Of a stretch of DNA of 64,000 bases, positions 55,126 through 64,000 are shown piece after piece (position 1 is the stretch's first letter; the number at the start of each line of letters is the position of its first letter). The position numbers and the translations under genes were made by a program. A model generated the notes under the pieces. That model saw only the letters and a list, made by a program, of their open reading frames with translations. It had not been told where the DNA came from and did not search any database. Origin of the DNA: Tepidisphaera sp. (GTDB taxonomy: Bacteria > Planctomycetota > Phycisphaerae > Phycisphaerales > UBA1924); NCBI GenBank assembly GCA_050916045.1, contig CP051526.1, positions 3,008,001 to 3,072,000 of the forward strand, read 5' to 3'.

Positions 55126-58100
55126 GTGAACCCCCCATTGCACGTTCGTTGCCTGGCTTTCCCCGTTCTGCTCGCGATCGCCGCATCGGCGGCGGGCCAG
55201 CCGGCTTCCCCGTTCGTCAACGACAAGGAGCCGCGGACCATCTCGGTCTGGGCGAAGAAGGGGCTGATGCAAAGCCCGGTCGCCGTCTGCCTGGACTGGC
55301 GCGGCAACCTGTACGTCGCGGAAAGCGAACGTGCGGGCACGGCGGTCAACGACACGCGGAGCTTGGGACATCTCAACGCGATCGAAGAAGACCTGGTCAT
55401 GAAGTCGGTCGAGGACCGACTCGCCCAGATCAACCGCTGGATCGCCAAGGGTGCGTTCCCGGCCGACTACTTCACGAAGACCGAGGATCGGATCCGGCTG
55501 GTCCGTGACACGGACGGAGACGGCGTGGCGGATACGTCGACGGTCTACGCGGGCGGCTTCAACGAGCCCCTCGACGGCATCGGCGCCGGTGTGCTCTGGC
55601 GGCCGGACGGCGGCCCGGGCGGATCGGTCTTCTACACGTGCATCCCCCACCTCTGGAAGCTTCCGGCGCGAGCGGACGGGCTTGCGGCGGAGTCACGCGA
55701 ATCGCTGTCGCGGGGGTACGGCATCCGCTGGTGCTTTTTCGGGCACGACCTGCACGGGCTGGTGATGGGCCCGGACGGGCGGGTGTACTTCTCGATGGGG
55801 GACCGCGGGTACAACGTGCGCACGAAGGAGGGGAAGGACATCGTCGGCGTGGACCGCGGGGCGGTCTTCCGCTGCTGGCCAGACGGCACGGGCCTTGAGC
55901 TCTTCCACGACGGGCTTCGCAATCCGCAGTGCCTGGCATTCAACGAGCACGGCGACCTTTTCACGGGCGACAACAACTGCGACAGCGGCGACCGGGCGAG
56001 GTTCGTGTACGTCGCCGAGCAGGGCGACAGCGGCTGGCGGCAGGACGTGCAGAGTTTGCCCTCGCGCGGGCCATGGAACCGCGAGCACATCTGGCGCACC
56101 ATCGAAGCCGCGCCGGGCAAGACCGCTTCGGGCGGCGTGGGCGCCGGCGATCGGCCCGCCTGCTTCCTGCCCCCGGTCTCGTACATGGGCGACGGACCTT
56201 CTGGCCTCAGGGCCTACCCGGGCACGGGCGAGAGTGAAGCCTACAACGGGCACCTTTTTCTGGTGGATTTCTACGGATCGGGCGCGAAGGTGCACGCGAT
56301 CCTCCCCGAGCCCAAGGGCGCCGGGTTCGCGCTGAAGAACCACGTCGAGTATTACAAGGGCGTGACCGTTACCGACATCGCGTGGGGGTACGACGGCCGC
56401 CTCTACATGGCGGATTGGGGCGGCGGCTGGTCGCCCAACCTCAACGGCGAGGTTCTGGTCGTGAAGAACGACCGCGTACACGCGGACGCGGCGCAAGCGG
56501 CCGCGATCGCCGAGGTGAAGTCGATCTTCGCGGAGGGATTCGCCAAACGCGAGGTATCGCAGCTGGTGGGCATGCTCGCCCATCGCGACAGCCGCGTTCG
56601 GCAGGAAGCCCAGTACGAACTGGCGAGCCGCGATCCCTCGGCGGCGCTCCAGCCGGTGACGCTCGCGGCGCAGGACATCTCGCTGCCGCGGCTTCAGCGA
56701 ATCCACGCGGTGTGGGCGGTGGGCCAGTTCGCCCGCCGGGTCAAGGGAGCGGAGCTTGGTTTGATCCCGCTTGCGATCGATCCGGACGCGGAAATCCGCG
56801 TGCAAGCGGTCCGCACGCTCGGGGACGTGGCGGGCGGGACGCGTGAAGCGGCGGTGGTCTTCGCCGCGGCACTCATCGATTCCTCGCCGCGCGTGCAGCA
56901 GGCGGCGTGTCTGGCGCTGGGAAAGTCCGAAGATGACATCGGGACCGAGGGGTTGACGGGCCTGCTCGAAGCAAACGCGGACCGGGACCCGATGCTCCGC
57001 GACGCGGCGGCGTTCGCGCTCTCGAAGACGGTGAGCGTCTCAGGACTGGTCAAGCTCGGGGAGTCCGAATCCGCAGCGGTTCGTCTCGGGGTGGTGCTTG
57101 CACTGCGCCGGCTGGCGTCCGACGAACTCGGGCGGTTTCTTGCGGACGCGGATGTCGCGGTGACGGCGGAAGCGGCGCGGGCGATGTACGACCTGCGTCT
57201 CAAAGCGTCGCTCCCCAAGCTTGCGGCGATGCTGGACGAGCCCGCGGCGCGGCTTGCGACGCTCGCGTTCGACGGGTTCCTGCGCCGGGCGATCGAAGCG
57301 AACGTACTCCTGGGCGGGGATGAGCATGCCAAGCGGCTTCTGGCTTTCGCCGGTCGGAAGGAGATCGCGCCCGAGTGGCGCGGCTTGGCTCTCGAGCGGC
57401 TTCAGGGCTGGGACGCACCGCTCAAACGCGAAGGCGTCTGGGGCAACTGGGTTGACCTGCCGGCACGCCCGGCATCGTCCGTCGAGGTCGCCGTGCGAAG
57501 CGGGATCGCGGCCGTGCTCGCAAGCGCGGACGGCGACCTGCTCGGCAAAGCCCGGGCGCTCGAAGCACGGTACTCGCTGGCGGAAGCGGATCTGATCGCC
57601 CGTCTGAACGACGAAAGCCGCAACAGCGATGAGCGGCTGACGCTCCTGGACGAACTGGCGCGACGGGCGCCCGGCCGGATCGCCGAAGCCTGCAAGCGGA
57701 TCCTTCAGGGTGAGAACAAGGGTGACGGAGCGACCATCGCGCAGGGGCTGCTTCGGGCTCGGGCCGAATCGCTTTGGGTCAGTGTCGAACCCGACGCGGC
57801 CGCGGCGTATCTCGCGCAAGCGGTTTCGCGCGGCGGGCTTCCCGACCGTCAGCGATCGGTCGGGCTGCTCGGCGGGCTGACGGCGGAACCGGCCCGCGCG
57901 GCGGTCAAGGACCTCGCCGAACAACTCGCGGCGGGCACCCTCGACGATGACGGCCTGGCGCTCGATGTGTACGAAGCCGCGATGAAAGCCGAAACAACCC
58001 GCCCGATCGTGGAGCCGCTGGGCACCGCCGGCAACCGCCCGGCCGGGTTCGCGACATCCCTGCTCCGGACCGGCGGCGATCCCGCTCGCGGACGCGAGAA

Positions 58101-58500
58101 CTTCTTCCACCACGGCGCTGCCGAATGCCTGCGGTGCCACACGGTGGTCGATCAGGGGAACATGGTGGGCATCGGCGGGAACGCCGGCCCGAATCTGTCC
58201 GACGTCGGGACGCGGTCGGCCCCGAGCAAACTCGTCGAGTCGCTCGTGGACCCGGGAGCGGTCGTGACGCCTGGCTACGGACTCGTCTCGGCGATGCCCG
58301 CGATGACCGGAATCCTCAAGCCGCGCGAAGTGCGCGACGTGGTGGCCTATCTCACCACGCTGCGGACCCCGCCCCCCAAGCCGCTGGTCGCTCGCGAAGC
58401 CCCGGCGGCGACACGCCCGCTTGAGTCCTGGCTTGTGTGGCCCGCGATCGGGATGGTCGCCCTGGCGGTCTGGCCCGCGATCCGGGCCCGCCGGGCCTGA
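55126..58500 (+). CDS. PVC-type membrane-bound dehydrogenase / heme-binding CxxCH protein (propeller + HEAT + cytochrome c)
   Basis: DTDGDGVAD, HDLHG...GPDGRVYFSMGDRG, GLRNPQ, DNNCDSGD, HEAT repeats, GDPARG...CLRCH...GPNLS...MP, C-terminal TM. Confidence 0.9.
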   Translation: MNPPLHVRCLAFPVLLAIAASAAGQPASPFVNDKEPRTISVWAKKGLMQSPVAVCLDWRGNLYVAESERAGTAVNDTRSLGHLNAIEEDLVMKSVEDRLAQINRWIAKGAFPADYFTKTEDRIRLVRDTDGDGVADTSTVYAGGFNEPLDGIGAGVLWRPDGGPGGSVFYTCIPHLWKLPARADGLAAESRESLSRGYGIRWCFFGHDLHGLVMGPDGRVYFSMGDRGYNVRTKEGKDIVGVDRGAVFRCWPDGTGLELFHDGLRNPQCLAFNEHGDLFTGDNNCDSGDRARFVYVAEQGDSGWRQDVQSLPSRGPWNREHIWRTIEAAPGKTASGGVGAGDRPACFLPPVSYMGDGPSGLRAYPGTGESEAYNGHLFLVDFYGSGAKVHAILPEPKGAGFALKNHVEYYKGVTVTDIAWGYDGRLYMADWGGGWSPNLNGEVLVVKNDRVHADAAQAAAIAEVKSIFAEGFAKREVSQLVGMLAHRDSRVRQEAQYELASRDPSAALQPVTLAAQDISLPRLQRIHAVWAVGQFARRVKGAELGLIPLAIDPDAEIRVQAVRTLGDVAGGTREAAVVFAAALIDSSPRVQQAACLALGKSEDDIGTEGLTGLLEANADRDPMLRDAAAFALSKTVSVSGLVKLGESESAAVRLGVVLALRRLASDELGRFLADADVAVTAEAARAMYDLRLKASLPKLAAMLDEPAARLATLAFDGFLRRAIEANVLLGGDEHAKRLLAFAGRKEIAPEWRGLALERLQGWDAPLKREGVWGNWVDLPARPASSVEVAVRSGIAAVLASADGDLLGKARALEARYSLAEADLIARLNDESRNSDERLTLLDELARRAPGRIAEACKRILQGENKGDGATIAQGLLRARAESLWVSVEPDAAAAYLAQAVSRGGLPDRQRSVGLLGGLTAEPARAAVKDLAEQLAAGTLDDDGLALDVYEAAMKAETTRPIVEPLGTAGNRPAGFATSLLRTGGDPARGRENFFHHGAAECLRCHTVVDQGNMVGIGGNAGPNLSDVGTRSAPSKLVESLVDPGAVVTPGYGLVSAMPAMTGILKPREVRDVVAYLTTLRTPPPKPLVAREAPAATRPLESWLVWPAIGMVALAVWPAIRARRA

Positions 58501-58542
58501 AGCGTCTTGTGACTGCGTGATGTTCCTTTCCGGAGGTCCGCT

Positions 58543-59766
58543 TTGAAGTTCGACGAATCACGCCTCGCCGCGCGTCTTGACCGTTTCGAGATCGAGACTC
58601 CCTCGTGGGGATACGCCGACACTGGGACTCGCTTTGGAAAGTTCCTGCAACCGGCCGCCGCCGTCACGACCGAGGAAAAGCTCGCGGACGCGGGTCAGGT
58701 GCACAAGCTCACCGGCTGCTGCCCCACCGTCGCTCTGCACGTGCTTTGGGACTTTCCCGTCGATGAGCATGGAGCGCTCTCGGGCTCTCCGCAGGCGGCG
58801 GGGAGCACGCTGAAAGCGGCCGCGGCCAAGCACGGCGTGAAGCCGGGTTCCATCAATCCGAACCTCTTCCAGGATCAACGTTACAAGCTCGGTTCCGTCA
58901 CCAACACCGATCCGGCGATCCGCGCTCACGCCGTCCGCCATCTGACGGACAGCGCGACGCTCGCCGCCGCCTGCGGGTCGGACGTGCTGAGCTTGTGGTT
59001 CGCCGACGGCACCAACTATCCGGGGCAGGGGCACCTGCGCGATCGCCGCGACTGGATGATCGAAGCGCTCCGGTCCACGCACGCGGCCATGCCCGCAAGC
59101 ATGACGATGCTCGTCGAGTACAAGCCTTTCGAGCCCGCCTTCTATCACACCGACATCGCCGACTGGGGCATGGCCGCCGCGTTCGCGCGGGCGGCGGGGC
59201 TGCGGGCCAAGGTCCTCGTCGATACCGGACACCACCTGCCGGGCGCGAACATCGAGCACATCGTCGCTTTCCTCCTCGCGGAGGGGATGCTCGGCGGGTT
59301 CCATTTCAACGACCGCAAGTACGCCGACGACGACCTCACGATGGGCTCGATCGACCCGTACCAGCTCTTTCGCATCTTCGCGGAGATCGTCTCCGCCGAG
59401 CGGGACGCGGCAGCGAGCGGCGGCAAGCCGCAGCCTGTCGCGTACATGATCGATCAGTCACACAACCTCAAGCCCAAGATCGAAGCGATGATCCAGACCG
59501 CCATGACGGCTCAGGAACACTTCGCCAAAGCGCTGCTCATCGATTTCGAAGCCGCCGCCGCCGCCCGCGCCAAAGGCGACATCATCACGTCCGAAGCCGC
59601 GTGGCGCGACGCGTTCGCGACCGACGTGCGCGGGTTTCTGGCGGAGTACCGAAAGTCCAAAGGGCTCCCGACCAACCCGCTTCAGGCCCACCGCGACAGC
59701 GGGTATGAAGCCCGGGCCGCCGCCGAGCGGGGAAGCCGTCGCAAGTCCGGCGGCGCGTACGCCTAA
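58543..59766 (+). CDS. L-rhamnose isomerase / sugar isomerase (TIM barrel)
   Basis: IETPSWGY..TGTRF, INPNLFQD, DGTNYPGQ, EYKPFEPAFYHTDIADWG, DTGHH, HFNDRKYADDDL, MIDQSHN; SD GGAGGT before TTG. Confidence 0.9.
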   Translation: MKFDESRLAARLDRFEIETPSWGYADTGTRFGKFLQPAAAVTTEEKLADAGQVHKLTGCCPTVALHVLWDFPVDEHGALSGSPQAAGSTLKAAAAKHGVKPGSINPNLFQDQRYKLGSVTNTDPAIRAHAVRHLTDSATLAAACGSDVLSLWFADGTNYPGQGHLRDRRDWMIEALRSTHAAMPASMTMLVEYKPFEPAFYHTDIADWGMAAAFARAAGLRAKVLVDTGHHLPGANIEHIVAFLLAEGMLGGFHFNDRKYADDDLTMGSIDPYQLFRIFAEIVSAERDAAASGGKPQPVAYMIDQSHNLKPKIEAMIQTAMTAQEHFAKALLIDFEAAAAARAKGDIITSEAAWRDAFATDVRGFLAEYRKSKGLPTNPLQAHRDSGYEARAAAERGSRRKSGGAYA

Positions 59767-59774
59767 GGTCCGCC

Positions 59775-60221
59775 GTGCTTTCATCCGAACTTCTGCTCAT
59801 CGCTCACGCGGTCGCTTCGCTGTTCATGACGGGGCTGATCTGGTTCGTCCAGATCGTGCACTATCCCCTTTTCGCGCTGGTGCCCGCCGACGCTTTTGAG
59901 CGGTACGAATCGCGGCATCAGAAGCTGACGACCTACGTCGTCGCTCCGGTGATGCTGGCGGAGATCGGGCTTGCGGCCGCGATCGCGGCGGGGCTTGCCC
60001 CCGGGGTTCCGAGGTTGTGGGGTTGGGCGGGGCTGGCTCTGTGCATCGCGGTGTGGGGCGCGACGTTCCTGATCTCGGTCCCGCTTCACAATAAGCTCGA
60101 AAGCGGCAAGAACGACGCGGTCATCCGCCGTCTGGTCGCCACCAACTGGATCCGCACGGCGCTCTGGTCCGCTCGCGGCATCCTGTCGGTGTTGATGGTG
60201 CAGGCGGGGGCGTCAGCTTGA
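59775..60221 (+). CDS. Hypothetical 4-TM membrane protein
   Basis: MTGLIWFVQIVHYPLF...YE..H...SVPLH..L...LV.TNWIRT pattern of a conserved small membrane family. Confidence 0.8.
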   Translation: MLSSELLLIAHAVASLFMTGLIWFVQIVHYPLFALVPADAFERYESRHQKLTTYVVAPVMLAEIGLAAAIAAGLAPGVPRLWGWAGLALCIAVWGATFLISVPLHNKLESGKNDAVIRRLVATNWIRTALWSARGILSVLMVQAGASA

Positions 60222-60710
60222 AGCCTGTGGAGGTTGAACGGTCTTGCCGTGCCCCTCTCCCGCGAGCATGATGATGCCCGCCACGATCAGCACCACCGCG
60301 ACCCCTTTGCGGACGCTCATGCCTTCACCCAGGAACCACCAGCCGAGAAACACAGCTGTCGCCGGAGCCAGAGCGAACGCGATCGGGCGGAGCTTGGAAA
60401 TGTCGCCGCCGGGAAGCGACAGGCCGAGGTAGAAGAAGAAGACGCCGGCGAACCCCGCGAGCACGCCCGACCCGAAGATCAGCTTGAGCCACGTCCCCGC
60501 ACGCATGTCGCGCCACCAGGTCTGCGTCTCGGTCTTGAGGAGCCAGTGGGCGACGAGGAACCCGGCGAGCGCGAGCGGGAGGGTGACCGCCGCCCGGACG
60601 AAGGCCGTGCCCAGCGGGCCGATCTCCTTCGTGTTGATGACCGACTTGGTGAAGATCTCACCGACGCCCCAGCACAGCCCCGCCATGATCGCGCACAGGA
60701 TCGCTTGCAT
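60213..60710 (-). CDS. EamA/DMT family small transporter
   Basis: CWGVG..F.K, FFFYLGL, FLGEGMSVRKGVAVVLIVAG. Confidence 0.85.
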   Translation of the reverse strand: MQAILCAIMAGLCWGVGEIFTKSVINTKEIGPLGTAFVRAAVTLPLALAGFLVAHWLLKTETQTWWRDMRAGTWLKLIFGSGVLAGFAGVFFFYLGLSLPGGDISKLRPIAFALAPATAVFLGWWFLGEGMSVRKGVAVVLIVAGIIMLAGEGHGKTVQPPQASS

Positions 60711-60786
60711 GGTCCCAGTGTACCGCGACGATCGAACGTCGCGTCACGCCGGAACGACGATCAGGAACGACGATCAAGAACCGCCC

Positions 60787-62841
60787 TCACGCCGGCTGAG
60801 ACTGAGCCGCAAGACCGCGGACCGAAGCCGCGCGGCGCTTGATGAGAGGCTCGGTCTCGACCTCGGCCGCGGCGAAGTCCTCGCCGAACCGGAAGAGACG
60901 GAAGCTGTTGGCCAGCACGAAGACATCGCCCACGAAGTGGTACAACGCCGCGATCTGAACCGCAAAGCCCGTCGCCGTCAGCACACCCGTCGCCGCCAGC
61001 GCCAGCCCGATCAGGGAGATCACGATCGAAGCCGCGATGTTCTGAGCGATGATCATGCGGGTCCGGCGGGCGAGCTCCATCAGGAACGGCACGCGGGACA
61101 GATCGTCGTTCATGAGCGCGACGCCGGCGGAGTTGGCCGCGATGTCCGACCCGGCCAGACCCATCGCGACGCCGACGTCCGCTTCCGCGAGCGACGGGCC
61201 GTCGTTGATGCCGTCGCCGACCATCATGGTGCGGTGCCCGGCGCGGACGAGGGACTTGATCTGCTCGTGCTTCTCCTCGGGGAGGCACTCGGCTTCGATC
61301 ATGTCGACGCCGACGGCGGTGCCGACGCGCTTGGCGACGCTCAGACGGTCGCCGGTGAAGATCGCGACCTGCTTGACACCCAGGTCGCGGAGACGCTGGA
61401 TGACGCCCTTGGTGTCCTTCTTGATGGTGTCTTCGAGGCCGACGGCGCCGAGGTACTGGCCGCCCTGCATGACGTGCACCGCGGTGATCCCGTCGAGCTT
61501 GCTCTCGACGCTTTCCACCTCGGCGCGGATCGACGGGGAGAGTTCGACCAGCCACGAAGCACGGCCGACGAAGATGTCGCCGAGGGTCGTTTCAGCCTTC
61601 ACGCCGCGGCCATGCACTTCCTCGTACGCGGTGGGAGCGTCGACTTCGATCCGGGCCTGCTTGGCCGTGGAAACGATCGACTGGGCGAGCGGGTGGTTGG
61701 ACGACTGTTCACCCAAAGCCGCGGCGCGGAGCAGGTGGGCGCCGTCCACACCCGTGGCGGGCGTCAGGCGGGTCACCGAGAACTTGCCGGTCGTCAGCGT
61801 GCCGGTCTTGTCGAACACCACCGTGTTGATCGTGGCGGCGGACTCAAGGTACGAGGGCTGCTTGATCAGGATACCCAGGCGAGCGGCCGCAGCGAACGCG
61901 GCGAGCATCGCGGAGGGGCTGGCCAGAAGCAGAGCGGACGGGCAGGTAACGACCAGAACCGACACGGCGGTCGAAGCGGCTTCCGCGCGGCGCGCGGGGT
62001 CCTGCGCCATCATGAACCACGTGATGCCCGCGACGCTCAGCACGACGGGCACGAAGAAAGACGCGACCTGCTCGATGAGCATCTGACGCGGCGTGCGGCT
62101 CTGCTCGGCCTGACGGATCAGCTGCGTGACACGGCCGATCGTGGTGTCGCCGCCAACGCGCGTCACCTCGATGTCGATGCCGCCGGTCAGGTTGGTCGTG
62201 CCGGCGAACACCTCATCGCCCTTGGCCGCTTCCACCGGGACCGCTTCACCGGTCAGCGAAGCCTGGTTGATCGTCGACCGGCCCGTGATGATCCGACCGT
62301 CCACCGGCAGGTTCTCGCCGGGGCGAACGCGGACGATCATCCCGACCGTCACCTGCGAAAGCGCCACATCCTCGCGCTCCGAGCCACTCTCCACCACGCG
62401 AGCGACGTCCGGCGTGAGCTGGACGAGGTCCGCGATCGCACGCTGGGCGCCCGAAGCCGACCGGCGGACCATCTGGCCGAAAACCACGAGAATGAACGCG
62501 AGCCAGCCCGCGACGATGTAATCCTCGATCGCGAGCGACGCGAGAATCGCCAGAGCGGCCAGCGTCGACGAAGAAAGCTTCATCGACCGGATCTCCGTCG
62601 CCGCCGCGATCAGCAGCGGGACCGAGAGAATCAGCGAGCCGATCGCAGCCGGAAGCTTGGCCACCGCCGGATCGGTCAGATTCAGAGCTTTGCAGATCGT
62701 GCTCACCAGCACCAGAAGCCCGCCCGCCAGACACAGCACGATGTACCGCTCGATCTTGACCTCGTGGTGCGAGCAGCACTGCAGAGCTTCCGCGTGCTGG
62801 TCGTGCTTGTGGGCGTGGTCGTGGCTATGGGAGTGCGACAT
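60787..62841 (-). CDS. Heavy-metal translocating P1B-type ATPase
   Basis: LTGEA, TCPSAL, DKTGTLT, SNHPLA, TGD, VGDGINDGPSLA; His-rich N-terminus. Confidence 0.95.
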   Translation of the reverse strand: MSHSHSHDHAHKHDQHAEALQCCSHHEVKIERYIVLCLAGGLLVLVSTICKALNLTDPAVAKLPAAIGSLILSVPLLIAAATEIRSMKLSSSTLAALAILASLAIEDYIVAGWLAFILVVFGQMVRRSASGAQRAIADLVQLTPDVARVVESGSEREDVALSQVTVGMIVRVRPGENLPVDGRIITGRSTINQASLTGEAVPVEAAKGDEVFAGTTNLTGGIDIEVTRVGGDTTIGRVTQLIRQAEQSRTPRQMLIEQVASFFVPVVLSVAGITWFMMAQDPARRAEAASTAVSVLVVTCPSALLLASPSAMLAAFAAAARLGILIKQPSYLESAATINTVVFDKTGTLTTGKFSVTRLTPATGVDGAHLLRAAALGEQSSNHPLAQSIVSTAKQARIEVDAPTAYEEVHGRGVKAETTLGDIFVGRASWLVELSPSIRAEVESVESKLDGITAVHVMQGGQYLGAVGLEDTIKKDTKGVIQRLRDLGVKQVAIFTGDRLSVAKRVGTAVGVDMIEAECLPEEKHEQIKSLVRAGHRTMMVGDGINDGPSLAEADVGVAMGLAGSDIAANSAGVALMNDDLSRVPFLMELARRTRMIIAQNIAASIVISLIGLALAATGVLTATGFAVQIAALYHFVGDVFVLANSFRLFRFGEDFAAAEVETEPLIKRRAASVRGLAAQSQPA

Positions 62842-63045
62842 GAAGAGCTCCGGCAAACGAGGACCTCGTGTCCCCGTGTCAACTGCGGTGGTTGGGCACG
62901 CGGCCCGCGAAGATACTCGGGGCCGACAAGGAAAGAGACGCAAAGACCACCCAAGCATACGTCCCCGGTAGGGGGCCGGTTCGGCCCGTGCATGCCGAAC
63001 ATCCACCTATTTCGCGAGAACGTCCCGGATGGTAGACTCGCGCCC

Positions 63046-64000
63046 ATGACCCCAACCGTCCTGATCGCGATGTCCGCTTCGGTCCTGGCCGCCCTGCCCA
63101 TGGGGTTGGCTCAACCCGGCGGCAACCCGCCCACCAACGGACCCCGGCAGACCGACCCGAACACCCACATTCTGGTTGGAGGCACCCTCCACCCGACCCC
63201 GGCCGATTCCGACACCCTCGCGGACGCGGTGGTGATCGTGCGAGCGGGGATGATCCAAGCGGTCGGGACGCGCGGCTCGCTTCCGCAAGATCAGTGGCCC
63301 GCCGGAGCCCAGGTTTGGGATGTTTCCGGCCAGCACCTCTACGCCGGCTTCATCGACCCCTTCGTGGAGGTCGAGGTCCCGCGTCCCACGCCCGAAGCCG
63401 GTGCGAACACCACGCAGCGGCACTGGAACGTCAACATCGTTGCCGAACGGCACGCTCTGGATCAGACCGGCCTTGACCGCTCGACGGCCGAGTCGCTTCG
63501 ACGCATGGGATTTGGAACCGTCGCGCTGGTGCCGATGGATCCGGGCAAACGCCGCGGAGGCGTGCTCCGCGGCACCTCGGCCGTCGTCTCGCTGCTTCCG
63601 GGGCCGACAGGAAGCGAGCCAAACCTCCCCCAGCCGCGGGTGTACGTTCCGTCTTGGGCGATGAACGCGTCCTTCGAGACCGCCGGCGGGTTCGGTTCTC
63701 GCGAGGATGGTGAGGGCTCCGGCTGGTTCGGCTCGTATCCGACCTCGCGTATGGGAGCTCTCGCTCTGCTCCGGCAGACGATCGAGGACGCACGGGCACG
63801 CGTGAATTCCGGCGAACCGCTCCCCGCGTGGGCAGCGGCGATCACGGCCTCCAGACCGTTCGTCTTCGATGTCGACAACGAGATCGACGCAATGCGCGCC
63901 GTCGGATTCGCAACCGAGTTCTCCCTCCCCGCCATCGTGGTCGGCAGCGGCACCGAGTATCGCCGCGTCGGAGCCGTCAACGACGCCGTCAAGACCCTCG
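63046..64000 (+). CDS. Secreted amidohydrolase family protein (partial, runs off window end)
   Basis: Open frame from ATG 63046: signal peptide, VIVRAGMIQAVG...WDVSGQHLYAGFID, LRRMGFGTV, YPTSRMGALALLRQ. Confidence 0.8.
   Translation, partial: MTPTVLIAMSASVLAALPMGLAQPGGNPPTNGPRQTDPNTHILVGGTLHPTPADSDTLADAVVIVRAGMIQAVGTRGSLPQDQWPAGAQVWDVSGQHLYAGFIDPFVEVEVPRPTPEAGANTTQRHWNVNIVAERHALDQTGLDRSTAESLRRMGFGTVALVPMDPGKRRGGVLRGTSAVVSLLPGPTGSEPNLPQPRVYVPSWAMNASFETAGGFGSREDGEGSGWFGSYPTSRMGALALLRQTIEDARARVNSGEPLPAWAAAITASRPFVFDVDNEIDAMRAVGFATEFSLPAIVVGSGTEYRRVGAVNDAVKTL

Noticed and set aside
63007..63992. Minus-strand ORFs at the window end
   Set aside because: Shadow of a plus-strand amidohydrolase from 63046 that the ORF track omits because it has no stop inside the window

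Overview
High-GC bacterial chromosomal segment, most likely from a Planctomycetota of class Phycisphaerae. This is inferred from the C-terminal 'C.ADFNGDGFxDFFDY..F...F..GC' dockerin-like anchors, a PVC-type CxxCH heme protein and a PTP-CTERM protein; no database search was run. The core content is an nfeD-nfeD-floA-DUF151-truD cluster, murC-murB-ddl followed by an FtsQ-like gene and a membrane gene (no ftsA/ftsZ), greA, rbsK, a sugar ABC system, a 3D-domain protein, pilT with a degenerate membrane-anchored GspE/PilB-like ATPase and a CvpA-like gene, kdsC/kdsD, scpA, trpB, an M28 peptidase, tig, folD, tatA, a rhamnose-type isomerase and a P1B ATPase. Accessory or unusual parts: (i) an AT-richer three-gene island (14-Cys secreted protein, LolA-like? 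protein, DUF1573 Ig protein); (ii) six secreted dockerin-tailed genes, one frameshifted, interleaved with kdsC/kdsD; (iii) a module made of a degenerate 21-bp array, a palindrome, an orphan helical+FN3-like gene ending in -LAA and a nested 7-mer hairpin; (iv) a second, cleaner 11x21-bp array upstream of tig; (v) about 18 genes with a TAnnnT box 5-7 nt before the start codon, suggesting widespread leaderless mRNAs. No rRNA, tRNA, CRISPR or transposase was recognised. Many start codons were re-assigned from the ORF track by eye.
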